Made by a program: the position numbers and the translations under genes. 64,000 nucleotides of DNA from an uncultured archaeon. Lineage in GTDB: Archaea > Altiarchaeota > Altiarchaeia > IMC4 > SCGC-AAA252-I15. Below, piece after piece: positions 27,108 through 36,836 of the stretch. The stretch lies in NCBI GenBank assembly GCA_964423225.1, contig CAYREE010000001.1, positions 17,419-81,418 of the forward strand, given 5' to 3'. The notes beneath the pieces were generated by a model. That model was not told where the DNA came from. It ran no database searches and saw only the letters and a list, made by a program, of their open reading frames with translations. Positions within the stretch are counted from its first letter, which is position 1, and each line of letters opens with the position of its first letter.

Positions 27108-28190
27108 TTATTTCTTTTTCTTCCGAAATCCTGCCTTAGCCCTAACGATATTATCAACCTCTTTGAATGATTTACCATGTTTTAAAGCAATCCTATGCAA
27201 GTCGTCGAACTCTGGCTTGAATCCAGTGTCTGAATATTTGACCGCAGCCTCCTCGATGACACCATTAATATCAACTTTAAGAACTCCTATCTCTCTTACA
27301 GATTCTATCCTATCTAATACCGGTTGGACTCGAACTCCTAGAGAACCAGTCTCACCCATAATGATCTTGGCATGCGCTTCCGGATCTTCTGTGAGGACAC
27401 GAACAAGGAATCCAAACCTGCCCTTCTTCATCATGCAGGGTATGATATGAACATCTAATGCACCCATTTTCATGAGCCTTTCAGACATAAAGGAAAGACA
27501 TTCAGGAGTAACATCATCAACATTTGTCTCAAGAATGCATTTATCACTCACCATGTGAGCAGATAAGACATTAGGATACTCAAGATCCATAGTACCAGCA
27601 CCATGCGAAACAGTGCCATCAGGTATGCTTCCCACACAGTTTCTACCTACCACAGACAATATTGCTACTCCAGTAGGCGTAGTAATCTCCCTGTCTGATA
27701 CTATTCTGATAGGAAGCTTAGATGTCTTTATGATCTCCATTGTCGCAGGAGCGATATCGCCAACAGATATTGGAGTGTAACACAATCCCTCATCTATCAC
27801 ACCAAGAGACTCTAATGCTAGAGAAGTGGCCACAGCATCAACAACTATGTCGACAGCCTCATGAAGATGCACTTTCTTCAAAGGCACTTTATGAGCCTTT
27901 GATTCCGCGATAGCCAACTCCTTAAGGACTGCAAGAGATGTCTTTAGAACTTTCTCTGATAATTTAAGGGACTTCATTGATTTCTGAAGATCTACATAAT
28001 CCCTTGAAGATGGCTTATAATTGACATCGAATCTCAATGCGGAAACACTCTTCTTCTTAACAGGTTTAAAACCTACTTTCGCAATCGGGCGCAGTGTAGA
28101 TATGATCTTATCCTTATCAGCACCTAATCCAGCCAAAGCAGCGACAATCATGTCTCCTGCAACACCACGGTCACAATCAAGATAGATCAT
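27108..28190 (-). CDS. larC: LarC-like nickel-insertion protein (DUF111 family)
   Basis: The MIYLDCDRGVAGDMIVAALAGLGAD N-terminus is typical of LarC/DUF111. 360 aa. Confidence 0.72.
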   Translation of the reverse strand: MIYLDCDRGVAGDMIVAALAGLGADKDKIISTLRPIAKVGFKPVKKKSVSALRFDVNYKPSSRDYVDLQKSMKSLKLSEKVLKTSLAVLKELAIAESKAHKVPLKKVHLHEAVDIVVDAVATSLALESLGVIDEGLCYTPISVGDIAPATMEIIKTSKLPIRIVSDREITTPTGVAILSVVGRNCVGSIPDGTVSHGAGTMDLEYPNVLSAHMVSDKCILETNVDDVTPECLSFMSERLMKMGALDVHIIPCMMKKGRFGFLVRVLTEDPEAHAKIIMGETGSLGVRVQPVLDRIESVREIGVLKVDINGVIEEAAVKYSDTGFKPEFDDLHRIALKHGKSFKEVDNIVRAKAGFRKKKK

Positions 28191-28657
28191 TCTATTGTAT
28201 CAAATAAAGGCTTAGCCTCCAAAAACCTCAAATCATTTGGACACGCTTCTAAAAGCATGTTAAACTCTACTTTTGCCTTATTGAAATCCTCGGTGAAGTA
28301 ATACATCAATGCAAGATTATAACGTGCCTCATGCAGGTTTGGCTTGATCTCAAGTGCCTTCTTATAAGCCCTTATAGCAAGCTCCACATTAGTTAGGTCA
28401 TCTGCCAACACTTCATCCTCAGTATGATGGACTCCAAGATTATAATAAGTATAAGGATTCTCAGGATCCAATAGAAGTGATTGTTGTAGAATGGTTTCTG
28501 CAATATCATAATGTCCTGAACCATATTCCATTTGCCCTGCGAAATGAGTGAGTCTTTCAGCCATAAGCTTTTTATCTACAACTTGCTCTGAAAGCTTCAA
28601 TGCCTCGATCACTTTCCGCTCACCCAATAGCTTCATAACTTCATCTACTTCAGCCAT
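28187..28657 (-). CDS. TPR-repeat protein
   Basis: 156 aa with repeated A..Y..AL...P....A.YNLG patterns. Its 3' end overlaps the larC start by 4 nt. Confidence 0.6.
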   Translation of the reverse strand: MAEVDEVMKLLGERKVIEALKLSEQVVDKKLMAERLTHFAGQMEYGSGHYDIAETILQQSLLLDPENPYTYYNLGVHHTEDEVLADDLTNVELAIRAYKKALEIKPNLHEARYNLALMYYFTEDFNKAKVEFNMLLEACPNDLRFLEAKPLFDTIE

Positions 28658-28660
28658 CTT

Positions 28661-29317
28661 TTATCGTACAATCTGATACGCCAATACTGCAGCACCATAC
28701 CCATTATCAATGTTAACAACTGCAACTGGCGTACATGAGTTAAGCATCGTGTATAATGCTGCTTTACCCCCTTTACCAACCCCATACCCGATTGATGTTG
28801 GAACTCCTATTACCGGCACGTCAACAAGACCAGATACAACTGATGGAAGCGCTCCCTCCATGCCTGCAACAACTATCAATGCTTTAGCATCCTTCATCTC
28901 GTTTAATGCAGGATATAATCGGTGAATGCCTGCAACCCCCACATCATAGCTTTTTATGACCTTACATCCGAGTTGTTCTGCTACAATTCTTGCCTCCTCT
29001 GCAATTATGATGTCTGATGTCCCTGCAGTTATTACACCTATCGTGCCATTCACCCGTATTTTATGGTCTTTCTTACGAGCGATTAATACCCTGCCCTTAT
29101 CATAGTATTCGACCTCCACATCCTCTATCTTCAACTCGTTTTTAAAAAAGGATGCCTTCTTCTCATCTACTTTAGTGGCTATAAACCGTCCTAGTTTCTC
29201 TATGAATTCACCAGCAATCAATAGAAGATCTTCTGTAGACTTGAATTCACCATATACTACTTCAGGTATTCCACACCGTTCCGGTCTTTCAAAATCAGGT
29301 GTGACAATCTTCACCAT
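28661..29317 (-). CDS. larB: LarB-like (PurE/AIR-carboxylase-related) pyridinium-3,5-biscarboxylic acid mononucleotide synthase
   Basis: Contains GVITAGTSDIIIAEEA, DVGVAGIHRL, and VVAGMEGALPSVVSGLVDVPVIGVPTSIGYGVGKGGKAALYTMLNSCTPVAVVNIDNGYGAA. Confidence 0.72.
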   Translation of the reverse strand: MVKIVTPDFERPERCGIPEVVYGEFKSTEDLLLIAGEFIEKLGRFIATKVDEKKASFFKNELKIEDVEVEYYDKGRVLIARKKDHKIRVNGTIGVITAGTSDIIIAEEARIVAEQLGCKVIKSYDVGVAGIHRLYPALNEMKDAKALIVVAGMEGALPSVVSGLVDVPVIGVPTSIGYGVGKGGKAALYTMLNSCTPVAVVNIDNGYGAAVLAYQIVR

Positions 29318-29982
29318 AGTAGGTCACCTATCTGTCTTAACTCATTTACCGTCAACTGTCCTGGAGCAACCTCTTTCCCCTTTTCTGCACAACCAAATGT
29401 GAGATATGCTCCAAGGGAGGGTGCTATTACCCTTGATAAGCTGCCTTTCTCACCCATTGACAATGCGATTATATCAGGCATAATATCTATTTCAGATATT
29501 GCCTGCATCATATGTAATACATCACTTGCATCTACCGCCATATATGATATCTTGACTATGTCTGCTCCAGCCTCTGCCTCCAATTTTAGGATGTCCTTTA
29601 TGTCTTGGATGCTTGGAGTCTTTTCAAAATCATGGTGTGCTATGATAACTCTAACACCAGCTTCCTTAGCTCTTTTGATAAATCCGTCGCGGACTACAGG
29701 CTCAGCCTTCAATTCTATGCTAACGTATTTTGAAAATTCAAGGCAGGATTCAAGAAGCATTATCCTATCTTTCTCGCTTCCCGTGTATTTACCTCCCTCA
29801 TACTCTGGCATACAGGTGATCATCAATGGCTTTTCTATCCCAGATAGTTTTTTTATATCAGAGGTATCTTTCAGAAAGTCTAAGCGGACTTCCACGATAT
29901 CACAGGCTAAATCCTTCCTATTTGCAGTCTCAACTGCCTCATCCAAACTGTCTACTGCGATAGACAGGCATATCAACGCCAT
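29311..29982 (-). CDS. aroD: 3-dehydroquinate dehydratase, type I
   Basis: Contains DIVEVRLDFL, IIAHHDFEKTP, and the VKISYMA catalytic-Lys region. 223 aa, overlapping larB by 7 nt. Confidence 0.85.
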   Translation of the reverse strand: MALICLSIAVDSLDEAVETANRKDLACDIVEVRLDFLKDTSDIKKLSGIEKPLMITCMPEYEGGKYTGSEKDRIMLLESCLEFSKYVSIELKAEPVVRDGFIKRAKEAGVRVIIAHHDFEKTPSIQDIKDILKLEAEAGADIVKISYMAVDASDVLHMMQAISEIDIMPDIIALSMGEKGSLSRVIAPSLGAYLTFGCAEKGKEVAPGQLTVNELRQIGDLLW

Positions 29983-30091
29983 CTTATCAAACCTGGTAAA
30001 GATATGTATTATTAAAATATTAGTACTCGATTAAAACGCATTATATACAGAATATACTCAAGTTTTCATTAAATACATCTAATAAGAGAAT

Positions 30092-30460
30092 GTGCAGATA
30101 ATCAATTTGAAGAAGGGAAAGATGCTAAGCGATGATGCAGGGCTTAGAAGATCCTTCACTGGAAGACTATTAGGTCTTATGTTCCAGGGTAAGAAAGACA
30201 TCGTCTTAGAAGCTATGAAGGAGGGTGTTAAAGAGTCCACGATTCACATGATGTTCATGCGTTATCCTATCGATGTTGTATGGACTGATTCCCATCTGAA
30301 TGTTGTTGACGTTAAGAAGAATGTGCCTGCATTCAATCCTTTCAACCCTAAAACATGGCGGTTACATGGACCAAAAAAACCTGCATTATACATACTAGAG
30401 TTCGGAAAAGGAGATATATTAGATACCGAGATCGGTGATGTAATCGAGTTTATCGACTAG
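30092..30460 (+). CDS. DUF192 family protein
   Basis: RSFTGRLLGLMF...MFMRYPIDVVWTD matches the DUF192 pattern. It has a GTG start. Confidence 0.55.
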   Translation: MQIINLKKGKMLSDDAGLRRSFTGRLLGLMFQGKKDIVLEAMKEGVKESTIHMMFMRYPIDVVWTDSHLNVVDVKKNVPAFNPFNPKTWRLHGPKKPALYILEFGKGDILDTEIGDVIEFID

Positions 30461-31364
30461 CATACAATTTCTTGCCGACAAGATAGACAATACAGGTTAT
30501 CGTTGACAATCCGAACACCAAGACAGCAAGCAGCTGTAATGAAGGGAATGACGATGATGATTCCGCTTCATATACAACATTAGAAACAGAGGGTTTCTTC
30601 GCTGGTGGTTGAAATACTCCAGGTTCAGTATTATCAGTAGGTTCAGTATTATCAGGATTTTCCTCCTTCAATACGTTCTCATCTTCCAAAGTTGTATCAC
30701 TTGAATCCACATCTGCTTTATACGTTTGTCTATTCCGAGTACCATCTGAAGGTGAAAGACCCTTATTAACCGATGGAACATCTCCCTCAGAGTCCGGGAT
30801 GAATCCAAGATTAGATGGAGTATTTCCGATATTCTTTTCATTGGATCCAGGAGTTCGAGAGTTACTACCCTCCTCTTGGACGATGCTTTGGGTTTGCTTA
30901 TCTGCCCCACCTGATGTCGGAACACTATCTGCAACCGGTGTTGTAGAACCATAAAGATCATCTTGTGATAGCATCTCGCTTGCTGGAGCCATCATCTTAG
31001 ACGCAACCATCGGAGAACCAATACTATAAAGGTTCGCTTGAAAACTAATTAAGGATGCGCAAAGCATCAAGACACTAATACCAAGTAAAACCCATACCTT
31101 AGTCTCATAAGGACTAACAATACTCCTACCCTTCTCAGTCAACTTATAATACTTCCACTTCGTACCCCTATCAATATGCTCGATAAGGCCTGCATGCACA
31201 AGCTTGTCAATATGCTCTTTGATTGTTGAAGGACTCATCTCCATTTCTTGCGCAAGATCTGTGAGAGTCTTCTTCCTCTTGTCTAACTTCTTTAGTATCT
31301 CAACCCTAGTGTCTGCTGCAAGCACCTTGAAAGTCTCCCTGTCAAGAGTGATCTGATCTTTCAC
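30450..31364 (-). CDS. Membrane-tethered ArsR-type winged-helix regulator with a Ser/Thr/Pro-rich extracytoplasmic region
   Basis: The N-terminus FKVLAADTRVEILKKLDKRKKTLTDLAQEMEMSPSTIKEHIDKLVHAGLIE is followed by a TM helix, a long low-complexity region, and a second C-terminal TM helix. Confidence 0.6.
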   Translation of the reverse strand: MKDQITLDRETFKVLAADTRVEILKKLDKRKKTLTDLAQEMEMSPSTIKEHIDKLVHAGLIEHIDRGTKWKYYKLTEKGRSIVSPYETKVWVLLGISVLMLCASLISFQANLYSIGSPMVASKMMAPASEMLSQDDLYGSTTPVADSVPTSGGADKQTQSIVQEEGSNSRTPGSNEKNIGNTPSNLGFIPDSEGDVPSVNKGLSPSDGTRNRQTYKADVDSSDTTLEDENVLKEENPDNTEPTDNTEPGVFQPPAKKPSVSNVVYEAESSSSFPSLQLLAVLVFGLSTITCIVYLVGKKLYASR

Positions 31365-31795
31365 ATCAAACCCCCCTGATTATCAATGAGGTCATTATTT
31401 ACCAGATTATCGTCGGAACCTGAATCAAGAATAACTTCCATTTTTACAACAAGACATGAATCATACTCGTCATTACTCTTCCAAACACATTTCCCATCAA
31501 CACAACCACATTCTGTAAGTGATAGACACTCATATTCAGGCCGCATCTCACATGTTGTTACTAGTTCCCGCTCTGGATCCTTGACAGCACACACCTGACT
31601 TGAACAGCCTTGTGGAATACAATTAGAGTCAGAACTACATTCGGGTTTTAATGTTGTTAAAGTCGATCTTACTGTAGAAGGTATAGTAGAGAGTGTTGTG
31701 GATGTTGATGTGGATTCGGAACTGATGCATCCTGAAGAATACATGAAAAAAGACACGGTGGTTAATATGATTATGATGTTGATAAATTCCCTCAT
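31361..31795 (-). CDS. Small exported Cys-rich protein (lipobox-like YSSGC, then 10 Cys)
   Basis: 144 aa with a signal peptide and Ser/Thr linker, then CSSDSNCIPQGCSSQVCA...CEMRPEYECLSLTECGCVDGKCVW. It overlaps the regulator gene by 4 nt. Confidence 0.5.
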   Translation of the reverse strand: MREFINIIIILTTVSFFMYSSGCISSESTSTSTTLSTIPSTVRSTLTTLKPECSSDSNCIPQGCSSQVCAVKDPERELVTTCEMRPEYECLSLTECGCVDGKCVWKSNDEYDSCLVVKMEVILDSGSDDNLVNNDLIDNQGGLM

Positions 31796-31858
31796 AAGTA
31801 ATACTTTGAGGCCATATTTAAAGCAGTTTCTATTTGGTTCGGTCTAGGCCGAAAGATG

Positions 31859-32602
31859 CTATTCCTCTACCATACCCCGTATTTTACCTGATTGCTTCTT
31901 TAAAACATTCACACCATCCATGCTGATAGTATAATCAATTGTTAACCATACATTGTAGAGCGTGTCAGGTATCTTTAATGTGCATTCTGATGCTGTGAGA
32001 CTGATTATTTCACCGGGATTAATCCAGCCAGTATTACTATAGTCTTTACCCAAGCATATTGCAGGATCCAAGGTATCATTTAACACATAATTATTGATCC
32101 TGACAGGATCTTTAAATTTATTTGTGAGAGTGATAGTGAAGTTCCCATCTGACGTTAGCTTCCAGGTATTGCATCCTGGAGACAATCCACCCCACTTTAT
32201 ATGCCAACAATCGCTTTCTGCCTCACGCCTGCATAAACCTATACAATATCTAACATTGGAATGGCAACAATATCCAGCATTCAGTACATACCCCCTACAA
32301 TCACAATAAGTGTATTTATAACCACCCAGATTACCTTCATAGTAGGTAGAAACCTTAGGCAATATTATATAGACCATTAATATGATGATTATCGGCCACT
32401 TCAGCGACCATCCTTCAACAATTAGACAACTTACAATATAGGCAAAAACAAGGTTTAATACAATAGATCCGAGTTCTGAATGTACATTGATGAATGGAAG
32501 GGCCATCAAACTAGTGGTAAGAACCGGATAATACCATAAAAACACTGCCAAAAACAAGTATAATACAAACTTTGTCCTTGTTGGTTTGAAAATCGACGTC
32601 AT
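31859..32602 (-). CDS. Membrane protein with a C-terminal Cys-rich extracytoplasmic domain
   Basis: 247 aa with 3 N-terminal TM helices, then CDCRGYVLNAGYCCHSNVRYCIGLC. Confidence 0.4.
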   Translation of the reverse strand: MTSIFKPTRTKFVLYLFLAVFLWYYPVLTTSLMALPFINVHSELGSIVLNLVFAYIVSCLIVEGWSLKWPIIIILMVYIILPKVSTYYEGNLGGYKYTYCDCRGYVLNAGYCCHSNVRYCIGLCRREAESDCWHIKWGGLSPGCNTWKLTSDGNFTITLTNKFKDPVRINNYVLNDTLDPAICLGKDYSNTGWINPGEIISLTASECTLKIPDTLYNVWLTIDYTISMDGVNVLKKQSGKIRGMVEE

Positions 32603-32649
32603 GAATTTTGCCCCCCACTAAGTGATTATATGATTCTCTTTTGATAAAC

Positions 32650-33963
32650 CTATACTCCCATTCCCATCTTCTTCATCATTCTTTCCATCTTTCTAGTGCC
32701 GCCCATACCCTTCATCATCTTCTTCATCCGTTTATAATAATTTAATAGCTCGCGCACATCCTCAGGGCTTGTGCCACTGCCTTTAGCTATGCGATCAACA
32801 CGCTTGCGTTTAATAATCATGGGATCATCAAGCTCGTCACTTGTCATAGAATCCATTATAACACGATAAATATCCAACTTCTCCTCCTGTAAGTCCATTA
32901 AATCCTTGGGTATCTTCGCCTGAAAGGGAAGCATCTCCATAAGCTTGCTCATAGAACCCATATTGCTCATCTGCTCAAGCTGCTGATAAAGATCCCTCAA
33001 GCTAAACTGGCCCTTCATCATCCTCTTAGCTATCTCTTCGTCTAATTCAACTTCCTTAGCCTTTTCAAGAAGTCCTTCCAAGTCTCCCATCCCAAGAAGC
33101 CGGGATACGAACCGTGTAGGATCGAATATTTCAAGATCATCTATGTGTTCTCCAGTACCGATAAAATTTAGTGGCGAATCAGTTTCTGCGCATGCTGCAA
33201 GAGAACCACCACCTTTTGCACTACCATCAAGCTTTGATACAATTAATCCGTCAATACTACATGCTTCCTGGAATGCTTTAGCCTGATCGCCTGCAACCTG
33301 TCCGATAGTCCCATCCAGTACAAGCAAGACTTTTTCAGGACTGAATTTCTTATAAACCTTGTTAATATCGGCCATCAAGCCCTTATTCAACTTATGACGA
33401 CCCTCAGAATCGATTATAATAACGCCCTCATTCTTGAAATGTTTTAAACCCCTCTGGACAATCTTGATCGTATCCTTCTCCTCATTTTCCCCGTAAAAGG
33501 GTACGTGAATCTCCTCAGACAACTGCTTTAACTGATCATAGGCTGCAGGTCTAAACGTATCTGCACAGATAAGCTTTGTATTCAAACCCTTTTTTTTATA
33601 AAATTTGGCGAGTTTGGCTGCTGTTGTAGTCTTGCCTGATCCCTGGACGCCGACAAGAAGGATCTTATCTCCTTCTGTAACATCCATCTCTCCGCCGACA
33701 CCCAGAAGGTTGACTAGTTCATCATAAGTGATCTTTATCAGGTTTTCAGTCCGGTTAAGCATGCCTGGCGGCGTCTCTAACAAGCCACGCTCCTCTATCC
33801 GTTTAGATAATTCTAGGACTAGTTTAACATTAACATCAGCTGAAAGAAGAGCCTTCTGAATATCCTTAGTATATTCTTTGATAGTCTTCTTGTCTATGAC
33901 AACTGCTTTTCTAAGCGTCTTGACAGCATCGGTCAAACCATCCTTGAGTTTCTCAAAAGCCAT
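32650..33963 (-). CDS. srp54: Signal recognition particle protein SRP54
   Basis: Has an N-domain, the G-domain motifs GVQGSGKTTTAAKLA, DTFRPAA and SKLDG, and a Met-rich M-domain tail. Confidence 0.92.
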   Translation of the reverse strand: MAFEKLKDGLTDAVKTLRKAVVIDKKTIKEYTKDIQKALLSADVNVKLVLELSKRIEERGLLETPPGMLNRTENLIKITYDELVNLLGVGGEMDVTEGDKILLVGVQGSGKTTTAAKLAKFYKKKGLNTKLICADTFRPAAYDQLKQLSEEIHVPFYGENEEKDTIKIVQRGLKHFKNEGVIIIDSEGRHKLNKGLMADINKVYKKFSPEKVLLVLDGTIGQVAGDQAKAFQEACSIDGLIVSKLDGSAKGGGSLAACAETDSPLNFIGTGEHIDDLEIFDPTRFVSRLLGMGDLEGLLEKAKEVELDEEIAKRMMKGQFSLRDLYQQLEQMSNMGSMSKLMEMLPFQAKIPKDLMDLQEEKLDIYRVIMDSMTSDELDDPMIIKRKRVDRIAKGSGTSPEDVRELLNYYKRMKKMMKGMGGTRKMERMMKKMGMGV

Positions 33964-34259
33964 TTTAAGGAGTATGAATATTGGACGTTCTAAATATATA
34001 GATATAATGTGTATTTGAAGGATATCTATAGGTATTACGTCTAAAAGGCGGGATTATCACAGACTTATCCTAGTATTGCCCCCCAGGTTTGGTGGTTGAA
34101 TATCATCTATTTTAAGCCGTTCAGTCTTAGGTATTGGTGGTGTGTATTGAATGATCTAACACAAAATTGCCTAGGGATGCTCCCTTATCATCTTTTAACT
34201 GGATATCGTGATATCCCATGAGAAATAGTAGGATGCATCAGATTAAATGCTATGACAAT

Positions 34260-34937
34260 TTAGCAGATCGACAGGTTCCCAGTACTGCATAATATTCTTG
34301 TGAGAGAATCCCGATCCTGTAGGTTACAATAGGCTTTTTCACCTACAACTATACAGGGAAACTCTGAAACACCATACACCTTCAACAATACATTTACTGA
34401 AGGAAGATCCAAGTCCGCGTCAAAGCTAAACACTGCAATCTCAGAGTCTATCCGCTGATTAAAATAATTCAATACATACGCCTGCTGGTCACAATATTCA
34501 CAATCCTCTCCATTCCTATAGAAAAAGAGTATTTCAGTCTGTTTTAAATCGCATTTCCTCTTCAACTGTTTTAGTATCGAAAGATAAATTACTTCCTGAC
34601 GATTGAACTTCTCCTTCTGAATCTGATAATATGGATCATCCAAGTATTCGCTCGTCAACTCGCGATAAGAATCGATTTTTTCCCCAAGCTTCCAAATCTT
34701 CGTGTCTAAAACTCCCAGCTGAGATTTCAATGCAATACAACTAATATTCTCGCCGTAAACAGTCATCAGCATGTTCAAGGCCTGTATCTCCTCAAATTCC
34801 TCGAGAATATCGGACATGCGCTCATCCAATGCATCTTCGCGAAGAGTATGCAGATATACATTCAATGAATACACGCTGACAAAAATCACCAAGGTTATGA
34901 TAAATGCCTTGATGAATATTGAACCTTCTACCTCCAC
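34260..34937 (-). CDS. Membrane-anchored coiled-coil plus thioredoxin-fold protein (partner A of a GT2 synthase)
   Basis: One TM helix (AFIITLVIFVSVYSL), a helical region, then a Trx-like region: FFYRNGEDCEYCDQQA (CxxC) ... EFPCIVVG (cis-Pro-like). The GTG at 34937 with AAGGAGG 7 nt upstream is preferred over the TTG at 34967. It overlaps the GT2 stop by 10 nt. Confidence 0.5.
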   Translation of the reverse strand: MEVEGSIFIKAFIITLVIFVSVYSLNVYLHTLREDALDERMSDILEEFEEIQALNMLMTVYGENISCIALKSQLGVLDTKIWKLGEKIDSYRELTSEYLDDPYYQIQKEKFNRQEVIYLSILKQLKRKCDLKQTEILFFYRNGEDCEYCDQQAYVLNYFNQRIDSEIAVFSFDADLDLPSVNVLLKVYGVSEFPCIVVGEKAYCNLQDRDSLTRILCSTGNLSIC

Positions 34938-36175
34938 TTGATCTGCCTCCTTCGAAGAACAGTACAAAATGAATTAATCCAGAATATCTGATAAAACACG
35001 ACAAAAAAAACATATCCAATAAAACCGAGGATATTCTCCCTCACCCGCCTTCCAAGAGTATTAAAACTAATTTTAGTAAGGATGATTGTAATCAATATCA
35101 TTGTGAAAGCAAGAGTTGTGAATATATCAAGTAGTAATAAGTCTAGCTCATAGGTAAAACTAATATGAGACAAGTCAAAGTTTACTAACCATAAATAATT
35201 TATATTCTCTACAACCTTTGAAGAAAACAAGTAGACTGAATACATGAATAAAGACATGCCAAGAGTAATCAACGCGTAATTATAAGGTATGTAAAATCCG
35301 AAGAGCCCCATCTTCTTGTTGAAAATCATATTCTTATGCTGCCATACAGTCAACAGCGATCCAGAATACCATCTCTTACGCTGCTTGAATAAGGCCTTAA
35401 AATTTGATGGGACATTCGTTAACACACATGTAGCCAAACAGAATGTGAGTTTGTATCCTGCTTTCTGCATCCTAAATGCTATCTCCAAGTCTTCCACAAT
35501 ATTATCTTCGTCAAAACCGCCAAGCTTCTGAATAACTTCTTTTCGATAGATGCTAAACGGTCCTGGAGTTACATGCATTATCCCAAGAAATGAGAGGATC
35601 TTTAATGCTATTGATAATCCGACAACATATTCGACGTCAATGACTCTTTCAATGATATTAGTGGGTTTTCGGACGACCACGCGGACACTCACCGATCCCA
35701 TCAATTCATCATCAAAATAACCCACAGTCTTAGATAGGATATCTGATCTAACAACACTATCACCGTCCATGCATGCGATCAATTCCCCGGAAGCGATTCT
35801 GATAGCCTCGTTCAAGCTTGCTGCCTTGCCCTTGTTTTCCAATCTATCGATGAATCTAACATGTAAGAATGGATTATCTTCAATAAAGCCTTTGATAAGC
35901 TTTCCTGAATTGTCAGTTGAACCATCATTGACAACTATTATCTCATAACAGTCATGTGGATAATCGATCTTTGAAAGTGATTCTAAAGCTGTGAGAATAC
36001 CTGACTCCTCATTTAATACGGGAAGAATAATGCTTACCATAGGTAGATCGGTTTTTTTAAACCGATAGGAATTCAATTGTCTTCTTTTTTCAAAAAGGAT
36101 AAGTAACATAGAGACTATGAAAAATGTCGACATAAACCAGACAGTCAAAACCATCGTCGAATAGATTATATTCAT
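34928..36175 (-). CDS. Integral-membrane family-2 glycosyltransferase, processive synthase type (D, DxD, ED, QxxRW)
   Basis: Motifs present: VSIILPVLNEE, VVNDGSTDNS, CMDGDSVV, IVEDLEIAFR and FKQRKRWYSGS. TM helices flank the catalytic domain. Confidence 0.75.
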   Translation of the reverse strand: MNIIYSTMVLTVWFMSTFFIVSMLLILFEKRRQLNSYRFKKTDLPMVSIILPVLNEESGILTALESLSKIDYPHDCYEIIVVNDGSTDNSGKLIKGFIEDNPFLHVRFIDRLENKGKAASLNEAIRIASGELIACMDGDSVVRSDILSKTVGYFDDELMGSVSVRVVVRKPTNIIERVIDVEYVVGLSIALKILSFLGIMHVTPGPFSIYRKEVIQKLGGFDEDNIVEDLEIAFRMQKAGYKLTFCLATCVLTNVPSNFKALFKQRKRWYSGSLLTVWQHKNMIFNKKMGLFGFYIPYNYALITLGMSLFMYSVYLFSSKVVENINYLWLVNFDLSHISFTYELDLLLLDIFTTLAFTMILITIILTKISFNTLGRRVRENILGFIGYVFFVVFYQIFWINSFCTVLRRRQIKWR

Positions 36176-36239
36176 CTCAAATACGCCTTATTAGATAAGA
36201 CAATCCAATTTATTAATAGAGTTTGTGTGATAAGCAAAG

Positions 36240-36806
36240 ATGTCTAAAAAATCATTTGAGATAAAGCGTCAATTGATGCATATGACAGGAGGCATCATCA
36301 TAAGCATCCTGGCATTATTCATAAAACCCGTCATCGGAGTTCTTGTCATATTCCCAGTAATTGGTGGGATAATCGTCTTTCTATCAATACCCCGGATGTT
36401 CCCGCAGATAAAAGCACATCATCACCTCCTCTATCACTTCGAAAGAAAAGAGGATTTAGAGAAATTCCCATACAAAGGCGCGATATTTTTCGGAATAGGC
36501 ATCCTGTTCCCACTGATCCTGCTTCCAACAAAGCCGGCAGTAGCAGTGATATTGATACTAAGCGTTGGAGACGCCTTCTCCACGATGATAGGGAAAACCT
36601 CAAGGCTAAAAATCCATCAGGGAAAATCGATTGAAGGACTCGCAGCTTTCATCATATCAAGCATTATTGCTTCTTCAATGATAGTAGACATTAAAACCGC
36701 CCTAGTATTCTCAGTTACAGGCGGTATAATTGAATTATTCGCTAAGATAAACGACAATATAGCAATTCCAGCAGCATTGAGCATATTATATATCCTAATA
36801 GTCTAG
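36240..36806 (+). CDS. Dolichol kinase / CDP-alcohol-related cytidylyltransferase-family membrane protein
   Basis: 188 aa, polytopic. SVGDAFSTMIGK resembles the SEC59/CdsA-family motif. Confidence 0.5.
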   Translation: MSKKSFEIKRQLMHMTGGIIISILALFIKPVIGVLVIFPVIGGIIVFLSIPRMFPQIKAHHHLLYHFERKEDLEKFPYKGAIFFGIGILFPLILLPTKPAVAVILILSVGDAFSTMIGKTSRLKIHQGKSIEGLAAFIISSIIASSMIVDIKTALVFSVTGGIIELFAKINDNIAIPAALSILYILIV

Positions 36807-36836
36807 ATGAATCCAGATAGACTATCTGTTTTTTTC
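36798..36836 (+). terminator. Inverted repeat plus T-run between convergent genes
   Basis: ATAGTCTA-n12-TAGACTAT (perfect 8-bp arms), followed by CTGTTTTTTT. Confidence 0.4.

Noticed and set aside
33964-34259. The largest non-coding gap (296 nt), next to srp54. I examined it for SRP RNA, tRNA or another structured RNA.
   Set aside because: I found no cloverleaf, no extended GC-rich helices and no conserved SRP RNA motifs by eye. The only feature is a short DNA palindrome, GGATATC-GT-GATATCC, at 34201-34216. The gap is left unannotated.
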